Of a stretch of DNA of 48,590 nt, positions 8,351 through 16,269 are shown in pieces (positions within the stretch are counted from its first letter, which is position 1; each line of letters opens with the position of its first letter). Origin of the DNA: a virus (Duplodnaviria > Caudoviricetes). The notes beneath the pieces are model-generated. The model was given only the letters and a program-made list of their open reading frames with translations, was not told the DNA's origin and did not search any database. The stretch spans positions 1 through 48,590 of the IMG/VR virus record IMGVR_UViG_3300038334_000158; one strand, written 5' to 3'. The position numbers were made by a program, and so were the translations under genes.

Positions 8351-9795
8351 TGATTGACAAAAACACCATACAACTCTCCCATCCCGATGGGTACCAGCCT
8401 TTCCCTTATCAATGGACTGGCATTAATAAAGGCATGAACATGAAGCGCTTTATTAATGGTGATGATATGGGTTGTGGAAAAACCGTTCAATCAATAGCAA
8501 CAGCTGTTGCCTTAAACGCTACCCCAAGTTTGGTTATTTGCCCGGCCAGTTTAAAAATTAACTGGAAAGAAGAAATTGAAGCCTGGACCGATAAAAAGGC
8601 GCTCATTCTGAACAATAAGCACGTTCACATTTGGCCAGCTTATTCTGATGCTAATATAATGGCCGGTATGTTTGCCGGTAAGTTTGACTTTTTTATTGTG
8701 AATTATGAGAGCCTTAAAAAGTTCTTTGTTTGGGAATACCTGAAAAAGAAACCACGCTTATCTGATATCGTTTTCAACCCTTACATAAGGCAATTCAAAT
8801 CGGTAATAGTTGACGAGGCTCATAAAGTAAAAGACCCTGATAGCCAACAGTCGAAATTGGTAAAAGGCTTGTGCACCAGCAAAGAGGTTATAATGTTACT
8901 TACCGGAACACCGGTGGTAAATAATGCCAGCGACCTGGTTGCCCCTCTTTCAATTCTTGACCGGTTAAAAGAGTTTGGTGGGGTAAATGGGTTCTTGAAC
9001 AAGTTTGGGGCAAACGACAACCTTGATGAATTACAAGCTGAATTGTCGCGGTTCTATTTCAGGCGCGATAAAAAAGAAGTGTTACCCGAATTACCTGACA
9101 AATTCAGGAGTTTCATTCGAATTGATATCGATACTAAACCGGAGTACAATAAGGCGGTTGATGATTTGGAAGAGTATTTCCGCGAATATACCAGCAAAAC
9201 AGAATTTGAAATAGCTAAGAGCATGCGCGGTAAGGCCATGGTTTTGATTCAAACCCTTAAGCGTGTAGCTGCTGTTGGTAAAATAAAAGCCATACGTGAA
9301 ATAGTTGATAACATTATTGACTCAGGGCAAAAAATTATCCTGTTCATGGAGCTTAAAGAGTTGATATCAGAATTCAAAAGAATTTACCCCAATGCAGTAA
9401 CCATTACCGGTGACGACAATTACCAAATGCGCGATGCATCGGTTAAGAAATTTCAGAATGACCCTGATTGTAAGCTTATTCTATGCTCCACAAAAGCAGC
9501 AGGTGTGGGCTTGAATCTAACAGCAGCTGACAACGTGGGCTTTGTTGAATATTCATGGACCTATATGGCCATGGTTCAGGCTGAAGATAGAGCCTACCGT
9601 AACGGACGAAAAGACAATGTGAATTGCCTTTGGTTTGAGGGAGCCGGAACCATAGACCAATATGTTAGACAAATAATATTTGGCAAAAAAGACATTGCCG
9701 AAAAAGCTACCGGGGCTGTTGATTACACTATTGATAAAGCTCAGGATGAAGTATTGCACGAACTAATTAAAAACATTCATAAGCTAAAGTTATGA
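8350..9795 (+). CDS. SNF2-family (DEAH) helicase
   Basis: DDMGCGKT Walker A, VDEAH Walker B, LTGTP, GVGLNLT, QAEDRAYR. Confidence 0.92.
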   Translation: MIDKNTIQLSHPDGYQPFPYQWTGINKGMNMKRFINGDDMGCGKTVQSIATAVALNATPSLVICPASLKINWKEEIEAWTDKKALILNNKHVHIWPAYSDANIMAGMFAGKFDFFIVNYESLKKFFVWEYLKKKPRLSDIVFNPYIRQFKSVIVDEAHKVKDPDSQQSKLVKGLCTSKEVIMLLTGTPVVNNASDLVAPLSILDRLKEFGGVNGFLNKFGANDNLDELQAELSRFYFRRDKKEVLPELPDKFRSFIRIDIDTKPEYNKAVDDLEEYFREYTSKTEFEIAKSMRGKAMVLIQTLKRVAAVGKIKAIREIVDNIIDSGQKIILFMELKELISEFKRIYPNAVTITGDDNYQMRDASVKKFQNDPDCKLILCSTKAAGVGLNLTAADNVGFVEYSWTYMAMVQAEDRAYRNGRKDNVNCLWFEGAGTIDQYVRQIIFGKKDIAEKATGAVDYTIDKAQDEVLHELIKNIHKLKL

Positions 9796-10001
9796 TACCA
9801 TACCAAGCACAACCTTCAGTAAATGGCAAACCTGCTATACGGGTTAATGCCAAAGAACTCACCAAAAATGAAAAGGCTTTTTACTTTGATTTGGATGGTG
9901 ACAAACGGTGGGTACCAAAATCATTATGCTCTTTTAATAAAGAGGCTGGTACTGTTGATATTCAGGAGTGGTTTTACAAAATGCTTTTCCCCAATGGCTA
10001 G
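9792..10001 (+). CDS. Hypothetical protein
   Basis: ATGA overlap; WVPKS motif common in small phage proteins. Confidence 0.65.
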   Translation: MIPYQAQPSVNGKPAIRVNAKELTKNEKAFYFDLDGDKRWVPKSLCSFNKEAGTVDIQEWFYKMLFPNG

Positions 10002-10314
10002 GTACCGAACATCAACCGGTGAACTGGTAAGCAAGGCTTACATTGACCGCATGGTAAGAATTACCAAAGCTTTAGTATTAAGTGAGCAGCGCGAAGAGTA
10101 TGGTTACAACTTCTGTGAGGAATGTAGCAAAAGCTCTGGTGTACGGTTAGATTGTGCCCACGTTGAGAGCGTTGACAGTTGCCAAAAAAACGGGTATGCT
10201 GACAAAGCTTGGGATAAGGAAAATATAAAGATTAAATGCCGCAAATGCCATCAGGAACAAGATGGATTGGATATAAGAAGTAGTTTTTCTCAAGCAGGTG
10301 CAGCTGTAGGGTAA
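9994..10314 (+). CDS. NinG/HNH-like zinc-binding nuclease
   Basis: CEEC...DCAH...ENI...CRKCH; ATG at 9994 is in frame with the 9823 ORF. Confidence 0.7.
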   Translation: MARYRTSTGELVSKAYIDRMVRITKALVLSEQREEYGYNFCEECSKSSGVRLDCAHVESVDSCQKNGYADKAWDKENIKIKCRKCHQEQDGLDIRSSFSQAGAAVG

Positions 10315-10331
10315 TAGGTTTATAGGGTTTT

Positions 10332-10354
10332 AAGAGGGCTGCACCCCTCTTTTT
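10332..10354 (+). terminator. Intrinsic terminator
   Basis: AAGAGGG-ctgcac-CCCTCTT followed by a T run. Confidence 0.6.
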
Positions 10355-10368
10355 AAAAACAAATTATT

Positions 10369-11172
10369 ATGTCTGGAATTAGGAAAGAAACAATTGAAAA
10401 GTATGTTGAATTCATGATTGTATTCTCAAAAACAAGCCATGATTCTAACTTCAAATTAACTGACTTACTAAAGCGATATAAATTACCAGGAACTGTAATA
10501 TCAATTATGTGCGACCTTGGATATATTGAACGTATCAATAGAGGATTATATAAAATAAACTATAAGTCTGTTGAGCCGATTATGGCAAGAAAGATATTAG
10601 AATCATTTGGTAAACCTAAAAATAATATAACTGAAAGTGAGCTTGAAGCAAGAAAAAATCTTGAGTTAAAATACAAAGGAGCTCAATTCGATGACATATA
10701 CAATGAATATCACCAACTATATAAAGAGAATTTAAAATTGCAAAATAAGATGGATTTATATAGAAAAGGAATTAACGAAATCATTGATTTAATATACCCA
10801 AATGGAATTGAAATTTCAGGGCCAGATGAAAATGGTGGATATGTGTATTTATCCAAAATGGATCCTTTAAATGAAGACTTAATTCAAAGAATTGTTAAAA
10901 AACTATCAATCATTATTAACCATTCAACATGGTGTGAGGACCACTTAAAGAAAGTATATAAAGCATTTAAAGTTGAGTTTAATCCCCCAAATATAGATTT
11001 ATTAAATAATGCATATGCTGAAATGGCAAATACAGCTAATAAGTATTTATTTCTTCCTGATGAAACCGTTTTTTATGTAAAGGACATGGTGTTTGATGGT
11101 ACCGTATTATTTAGAGTAAGATGGAAAGAAGCCTCTGTAATTAAAGAAACAATAGATGATTTAAGATACTAA
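10369..11172 (+). CDS. Hypothetical protein, N-terminal winged-helix-like region, AT-rich
   Basis: 267-aa ORF; LGYIERINRGLYKI wing-like motif, then coiled coil. Confidence 0.7.
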   Translation: MSGIRKETIEKYVEFMIVFSKTSHDSNFKLTDLLKRYKLPGTVISIMCDLGYIERINRGLYKINYKSVEPIMARKILESFGKPKNNITESELEARKNLELKYKGAQFDDIYNEYHQLYKENLKLQNKMDLYRKGINEIIDLIYPNGIEISGPDENGGYVYLSKMDPLNEDLIQRIVKKLSIIINHSTWCEDHLKKVYKAFKVEFNPPNIDLLNNAYAEMANTANKYLFLPDETVFYVKDMVFDGTVLFRVRWKEASVIKETIDDLRY

Positions 11173-11183
11173 AATTGTTAAAA

Positions 11184-11381
11184 ATGGAAAAGCAATCCTG
11201 CAAAAACTGTAAAAATATGCTTCAATTAATGAAGCATCCACAGAATATAAAAATTGGCAATGGGAACATAACCGAACATATGGGATTTGTTTGCACTGTA
11301 AATATTGATGGTAGCAATATAGGTAAGGGCTACTTTTTTGAGAATAGTAATGGTTTATGTGAACTTTTTCAACAAAAATAG
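11184..11381 (+). CDS. Small Cys-rich protein
   Basis: CKNC...C...CELF. Confidence 0.6.
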   Translation: MEKQSCKNCKNMLQLMKHPQNIKIGNGNITEHMGFVCTVNIDGSNIGKGYFFENSNGLCELFQQK

Positions 11382-11561
11382 ATGAAACCAAGAATATTAA
11401 AATACTTAAAAGCAGTGGCTCCACAGCCTTGGTTTCATCAGAGCCCCAAGCCGTTTCCGATAAGTGAACTTATAGAGCTATGCCAGCTGCAAAGTATTTG
11501 GGAAAGCAAAAACACCTTAAAAGGTTGTGCCAGATGCGATAAGGAGCGCCCCTACACTTAG
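11382..11561 (+). CDS. Small hypothetical protein (59 aa, not in ORF track)
   Basis: ATG directly after the upstream stop; MKPRILKYLKAVAPQPWF...CARCDKERPYT. Confidence 0.45.
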   Translation: MKPRILKYLKAVAPQPWFHQSPKPFPISELIELCQLQSIWESKNTLKGCARCDKERPYT

Positions 11562-11602
11562 AATTTTACTTCATATTTTTTTGAAACTTAAAAACAAAAC
11601 CA

Positions 11603-11752
11603 ATGATATTACTCACAATTTTATACACCTTCTTTTTATCGAAACTGTTTGAAACTTGCATTCAGTTTACAACAGACCGGAACCCTGCTTATAAGATAAG
11701 TAGCATAAGGAGTGGTGTTGTTCGAAACGATAAAGAGAAACCCGACAATTAA
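11603..11752 (+). CDS. Small hypothetical protein (49 aa) with hydrophobic N-terminus
   Basis: A-rich leader; MILLTILYTFFLSKLF... Confidence 0.4.
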   Translation: MILLTILYTFFLSKLFETCIQFTTDRNPAYKISSIRSGVVRNDKEKPDN

Positions 11753-11841
11753 CTACCCTGGCACGCTAAAATAAAACCACGTGTTACTTGTGCCGGTAGC
11801 ACACTCATAATTTTAAAACAATAACCCTTTATCGAGTAATC

Positions 11842-11870
11842 AAAGCCCACTGTATGGGTGGGCTTTATTT
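11842..11870 (+). terminator. Intrinsic terminator-like hairpin
   Basis: AAAGCCCAC-tgtatgg-GTGGGCTTT then ATTT. Confidence 0.6.
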
Positions 11871-11885
11871 CCAAAACATAATAAT

Positions 11886-12311
11886 ATGGATAAAGAACTA
11901 TTCAAAGAATATTCTCAGCACGAACGGATTGAGATGTTCGAATCAAATGCCGACGGAGTTGAAGAGCGGGTTTATTTTGAAGAGCTAACCGAACAGGAGC
12001 TTATTGAAAGAAAATCGCGCTTTGCCCAACGCAGTATTGAAGCGGCCCGAATAGAGGACCGTAAGAAAGAAGCCATGGAAGATTTTAAGGCTGAATTAGA
12101 ACCCGTTAAGAAAGAGAAGTTAACACTACTTACGGAAATTAAAACCGGCCATCAGGAGAAATTTGGCCGTGTATTTAAAATGGTTGACAGAAGTGAGGGT
12201 ATGGTTGGTTTCTATTCTGAGGCTGGAACCCTTATTGAGCAACGCCCGGCAACCAGAGAAGAGCGTAGCCAGTTAACCATTGCATCTGGTAGAAGAGCAG
12301 TAAACCAATAA
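11886..12311 (+). CDS. Hypothetical phage protein (coiled coil)
   Basis: 141-aa ORF with core-like codon usage. Confidence 0.75.
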   Translation: MDKELFKEYSQHERIEMFESNADGVEERVYFEELTEQELIERKSRFAQRSIEAARIEDRKKEAMEDFKAELEPVKKEKLTLLTEIKTGHQEKFGRVFKMVDRSEGMVGFYSEAGTLIEQRPATREERSQLTIASGRRAVNQ

Positions 12312-12321
12312 AACAAAAGCT

Positions 12322-13041
12322 ATGCAGATTGAAAAATTAAACATCGACAAATTACCCGAAAGTGGAATTATTAAAATTTTCACGGGTAAGGGCCTTGACG
12401 AAAAGGAGCCCAAAAAGCTTGACAACATTGAAGGCGCAATAGGAACGCCCTTTGAGTTTTTGAGCAAAAGAAAAGACCTGGAATCGGTTAACCTGAACGA
12501 AAGCCACGTGGAATTTAACCTTGAAAAATTCAATATTATTCTTATTCTGAATGAGAGTTCGCACTATTCAAACCGTGTTGTTGGCCGAATGATTGAAACC
12601 AAAACGCTTAACGATTTACAAATTAACACCGGTAAACGCTGGGATTGTTTTGAACTGGCTGATTTTTTCAGGTTAAACCGGAGTATTTTTCTTAACGCTA
12701 CCGACGGCCCCAAGCTTGTAACCCTGCTCAACAACTTTAAGGCTAAAGTTGACAAGGAGCTTGAACAAAATAAAGACAACCGGGCAAACTACAACCTACA
12801 ACGCAGGCAGGTTGTAGAATCAAACCTGCCCGAATCGTTTAAACTTAGGTTACAGCTTTTCAAGGGCCAGGAACCAGTTGATATTAATGTTGAAGTTGAT
12901 ATTGACCCGGCCAGCCTTGAGTGTGTTTTAATTTCTCCCGAATTGGCCGACATCCTACAAACAAGTGTTCGGGATATAATAAACGAACAACTTGATAAAA
13001 TTAAAGAGTTGTGCCCCGAATTACCAATTATTGAATTGTAA
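12322..13041 (+). CDS. Hypothetical phage protein (possibly DUF2303/YfdQ-like)
   Basis: 239 aa; LPESFKLRLQLFKG resembles the DUF2303 C-terminal region (recollection only). Confidence 0.7.
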   Translation: MQIEKLNIDKLPESGIIKIFTGKGLDEKEPKKLDNIEGAIGTPFEFLSKRKDLESVNLNESHVEFNLEKFNIILILNESSHYSNRVVGRMIETKTLNDLQINTGKRWDCFELADFFRLNRSIFLNATDGPKLVTLLNNFKAKVDKELEQNKDNRANYNLQRRQVVESNLPESFKLRLQLFKGQEPVDINVEVDIDPASLECVLISPELADILQTSVRDIINEQLDKIKELCPELPIIEL

Positions 13042-13046
13042 AAATC

Positions 13047-13211
13047 ATGGCCGATTTAGTAATAACAAACGCAACCATAAGCTGTGCCTATGTTGAGATT
13101 GAGAACTCAAAAGAAGCTAAGGTTATCAAAGAGCAGATTGCAAAAATACTCCACTGCCCGGTAAGTAAAGTCTTGTTCACAATTTCTGATAAAGACGCGG
13201 TTAAGAAATAG
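13047..13211 (+). CDS. Small hypothetical protein (54 aa)
   Basis: ATG 5 nt after the upstream stop; fills the gap. Confidence 0.5.
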   Translation: MADLVITNATISCAYVEIENSKEAKVIKEQIAKILHCPVSKVLFTISDKDAVKK

Positions 13212-13288
13212 GTTTCATGCTTCCATTAAAAAGCATGGCGTTCTTTTCTTCTGTGGGTATAGTCTCCGGGTGAATGGCCCGGAGCTAC

Positions 13289-13393
13289 GGAGGTGTGGCG
13301 CAATTGGCATACGCTAATCAGAAGCACTTGCAAGAACGTTCGAATGCGATACTGTTTATATGCTTCATGCAGGTTCGAATCCTGCCACCTCCA
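13289..13393 (+). ncRNA. tRNA-like RNA (Leu-type scaffold) lacking a canonical anticodon arm
   Basis: Acceptor GGAGGTG/CACCTCC+A; D-arm GCG-CAATTGGCATA-CGC; perfect T-arm GCAGG-TTCGAAT-CCTGC; 54-nt central region without a 5-bp stem/7-nt loop. Confidence 0.75.
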
Positions 13394-13455
13394 CAAAGTC
13401 AAGCGAGATGTGTGCAACGACTATTAAACAGACAATTGCCCCTTTATGGGAGACC

Positions 13456-13480
13456 GGGGGAGGACGCTCCCCCATCTTTT
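13456..13480 (+). terminator. GC-rich hairpin, terminator-like
   Basis: GGGGGA-ggacgc-TCCCCC followed by ATCTTTT. Confidence 0.45.
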
Positions 13481-13505
13481 AAAAACACTTAATCTTTATC
13501 AAAAA

Positions 13506-13670
13506 ATGACTGTGATACAAAAAATAAAAGAAAAAGCAACCAAAGAGGACTTTGATAAGATTGAAGTTCTGATGCGCTTGAATAAGCTAAAGGTGAGCCA
13601 GCTGAAACAGTTGCTTACCATAGCTGAGGACATGATTCAACTTAACAAACAAAAACATGCAGAATTATAG
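13506..13670 (+). CDS. Small hypothetical protein
   Basis: ATG at 13506 after an A-run; overlaps the start of the MTase gene. Confidence 0.55.
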   Translation: MTVIQKIKEKATKEDFDKIEVLMRLNKLKVSQLKQLLTIAEDMIQLNKQKHAEL

Positions 13671-16269
13671 CGATTTTATTAAGTCTAAAATAAAGATTGC
13701 CCCAAAGCACGGGTTTAGCCTTGATATAGATACTATAAACCCAAAGCTTAAACCATTTAATAAGATAATGGTAAAATGGTTGGTTGAAGGTGGGCGTAGG
13801 GCTTGTTTTGCATCGTTTGGCCTTCATAAAACAGTTACTCAATTAGAGGCCGTAAGGTGTACCCTTGAAAAAACAGGTGGCAAAGGTTTAATTGTATTAC
13901 CGCTTAACGTAAAGCAGGAGTTTATTGAAGATTCAAAAAATATTCTTGGCTGGGAAACTCCCCCTAAGTTTATTCGAAGAATCGAAGAGGCTTCCGGTGA
14001 TGGTATTTACTTAACCAATTATGAAACCATCAGAGATGGTAAAATGGACCCGGCACACTTTTCAGTAACCTCACTAGATGAGGCATCGATACTCAGGGGC
14101 CTTGGTGGAACAAAAACTTTCCGCGAATTTATGCGCTTGTTTACCGGTGATGGTGGCCCAATGGGTTGCCGACGTGGTGATGATGCTGTTAAATATCGGT
14201 TTGTTGCAACGGCTACACCATCTCCCAATGATTATATTGAGCTTTTGGCCTATGCTGATTTTTTGGGAGTAATGGACGTTTCTCAGGCAAAAACCCGATT
14301 CTTTAAACGTGACAGTACCAAAGCCGATAAGTTAACGCTCCACGCTCATAAAGAAGAGGAGTTTTGGTTATGGGTAAGCAGCTGGGCGTTGTTTGTTAAT
14401 AAACCATCAGACATTACCGGTAACCCGGCTGATGATGAAGGCTACAATTTACCAGAATTGGATTTGCGCTGGCATGAGATTCCATCGGACCACACCAAAG
14501 CGGGTGCTGATAGTGACGGCCAAATTAAAATGTTTAAAGATTTGTCGCTTGGGGTTATTGGAGCTTCAAAAGAAAAGCGCGATAGCCTTCAGGATCGAAT
14601 TCGAATGATGAATAAGATTCGTGAAGAGGACCCAAATGCTCACCGCATCATCTGGCATGATTTAGAAGATGAGCGCAAGGCCATTGAAAAAGCTATCCCT
14701 GATATTACCTCAATTTTCGGTTCTCAGAACTACGAAAAGCGCGAACAGGCTATTCTTGATTTTAGCTATGGCCGGTTTCGTGAGCTGGCAGCCAAACCAG
14801 TTATTGCAGGTTCAGGCTGTAACTTTCAACGGTTCTGTTCCTGGGCTATTTATCTGGGAATTGGCTTCAAATTCAACGATTTTATTCAAAGTATTCACCG
14901 TATTCAACGGTTTTTGCAGCAAAACACGGTACGAATTGACCTAATTTATACCGAAGCTGAGCGTGGAATTAGAAAAAACCTTGAAACAAAGTGGAAAAAC
15001 CACAACAAATTGGTAAAAAATATGACAGAAATAATAAAAAAGTACGGACTTTCTCATGCTGAAATGGCTCAGCATTTAACCCGCAAAATTGGAGTTGAGC
15101 GTGTTGAGATTGAAGGTAAGTTATTCTTAGCTATTAATAACGACAATGTAGACGAGCTGACCAACCACAACCGCATAAAAGACAACTCCGTTGGATTGGT
15201 ACTTACATCTATTCCGTTCAGTACCCAATATGAGTACTCACCTAACTATGCCGATTACGGACATTCTGAAAGTAATGAGGAGTTTTTCAGGCAAATGGAT
15301 TATATGACTCCCAACCTGTTTAAAAAACTAATGCCTGGCCGGTTGGCTGTGGTTCATGTAAAAGACCGTATAATTCCCATGGGATTATCAGGAATGGGTG
15401 TTCAGGAAGTTTACCCGTTCCACATGGATACTATACTACACTTTAAAAAACATGGCTTTGCTTACATGGGAATGAAAACCATTGTTACCGATGTTGTACG
15501 TGAGAACAATCAAACTTACCGCTTGGGTTGGACTGAACAGTGTAAAGATGGTTCTAAAATGGGTGTGGGTATGCCAGAGTACTTGCTTTATTTCCGCAAA
15601 CCACAAACTGAACTTATTAATGCCTATGCCGATGTTCCTGTTGTAAAACAAAAAAAGGAATGGGATAAAAAGGCTAAGCAATGGATAAACCCAAATGGAT
15701 ACTCACGTGCCCGTTGGCAGATGGATGCTCACGGTTTTACCCGGAGTTCTGGCAACCGTTGCTTACGGCCTGAAGAGCTAGCCGCGTTGGAACCAAAAGA
15801 TATATTCCAGGAGTACAAACGATTTTCATTGGAAGAGATTTATGACTTTGAATTTAATGTTAAGATAGCCGAAACGCTTGAACTACATGGTAAGCTTCCA
15901 TCTGGGTTCATGTTATTACAGCCCCAAAGCTGGAGTGACGAGGTTTGGACTGATGTTACCCGAATGCTTACCCTTAATGGTAGCCAGTGGAGCAAAGGAA
16001 AAGAAATGCACCTATGCCCCATGCAGTTTGATATAGCCGACCGGGTTATTGAACAGTTAAGCAACCCGGGTGAAATAGTACTGGATCCATTTGCCGGATT
16101 GTTTACCACCCCTTACCGGGCTATTTTAAAAGGCCGAATTGGCTACGGAATAGAGCTTTCTTCATCATATTTTTTAGACGGGGTACAATATTGTCGTGGA
16201 GCTGAACAAAACGTGAATATGCCCAGCCTATTTGATTTTATTGAACTTGAAGAAAAGGAGGCTGTATAA
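13657..16269 (+). CDS. SNF2-like helicase fused to an amino (N4-C/N6-A) DNA methyltransferase, beta-class motif order
   Basis: FGLHKT (variant Walker A), LDEAS, TATPSPND, QSIHRIQRF; C-terminal TSIPF (motif IV) precedes VLDPFAG (motif I). Confidence 0.88.
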   Translation: MQNYSDFIKSKIKIAPKHGFSLDIDTINPKLKPFNKIMVKWLVEGGRRACFASFGLHKTVTQLEAVRCTLEKTGGKGLIVLPLNVKQEFIEDSKNILGWETPPKFIRRIEEASGDGIYLTNYETIRDGKMDPAHFSVTSLDEASILRGLGGTKTFREFMRLFTGDGGPMGCRRGDDAVKYRFVATATPSPNDYIELLAYADFLGVMDVSQAKTRFFKRDSTKADKLTLHAHKEEEFWLWVSSWALFVNKPSDITGNPADDEGYNLPELDLRWHEIPSDHTKAGADSDGQIKMFKDLSLGVIGASKEKRDSLQDRIRMMNKIREEDPNAHRIIWHDLEDERKAIEKAIPDITSIFGSQNYEKREQAILDFSYGRFRELAAKPVIAGSGCNFQRFCSWAIYLGIGFKFNDFIQSIHRIQRFLQQNTVRIDLIYTEAERGIRKNLETKWKNHNKLVKNMTEIIKKYGLSHAEMAQHLTRKIGVERVEIEGKLFLAINNDNVDELTNHNRIKDNSVGLVLTSIPFSTQYEYSPNYADYGHSESNEEFFRQMDYMTPNLFKKLMPGRLAVVHVKDRIIPMGLSGMGVQEVYPFHMDTILHFKKHGFAYMGMKTIVTDVVRENNQTYRLGWTEQCKDGSKMGVGMPEYLLYFRKPQTELINAYADVPVVKQKKEWDKKAKQWINPNGYSRARWQMDAHGFTRSSGNRCLRPEELAALEPKDIFQEYKRFSLEEIYDFEFNVKIAETLELHGKLPSGFMLLQPQSWSDEVWTDVTRMLTLNGSQWSKGKEMHLCPMQFDIADRVIEQLSNPGEIVLDPFAGLFTTPYRAILKGRIGYGIELSSSYFLDGVQYCRGAEQNVNMPSLFDFIELEEKEAV

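Noticed and set aside
13289-13393. Functional tRNA-Leu(CAA) or tRNA-Cys(GCA), or tmRNA
   Set aside because: TTGCAAG is not closed by a proper anticodon stem; the element is too short for tmRNA and has no tag ORF.
13274-13492. ORFs 13274..13492 (+) and 13226..13417 (-)
   Set aside because: They overlap the tRNA-like structure and hairpins; likely spurious.
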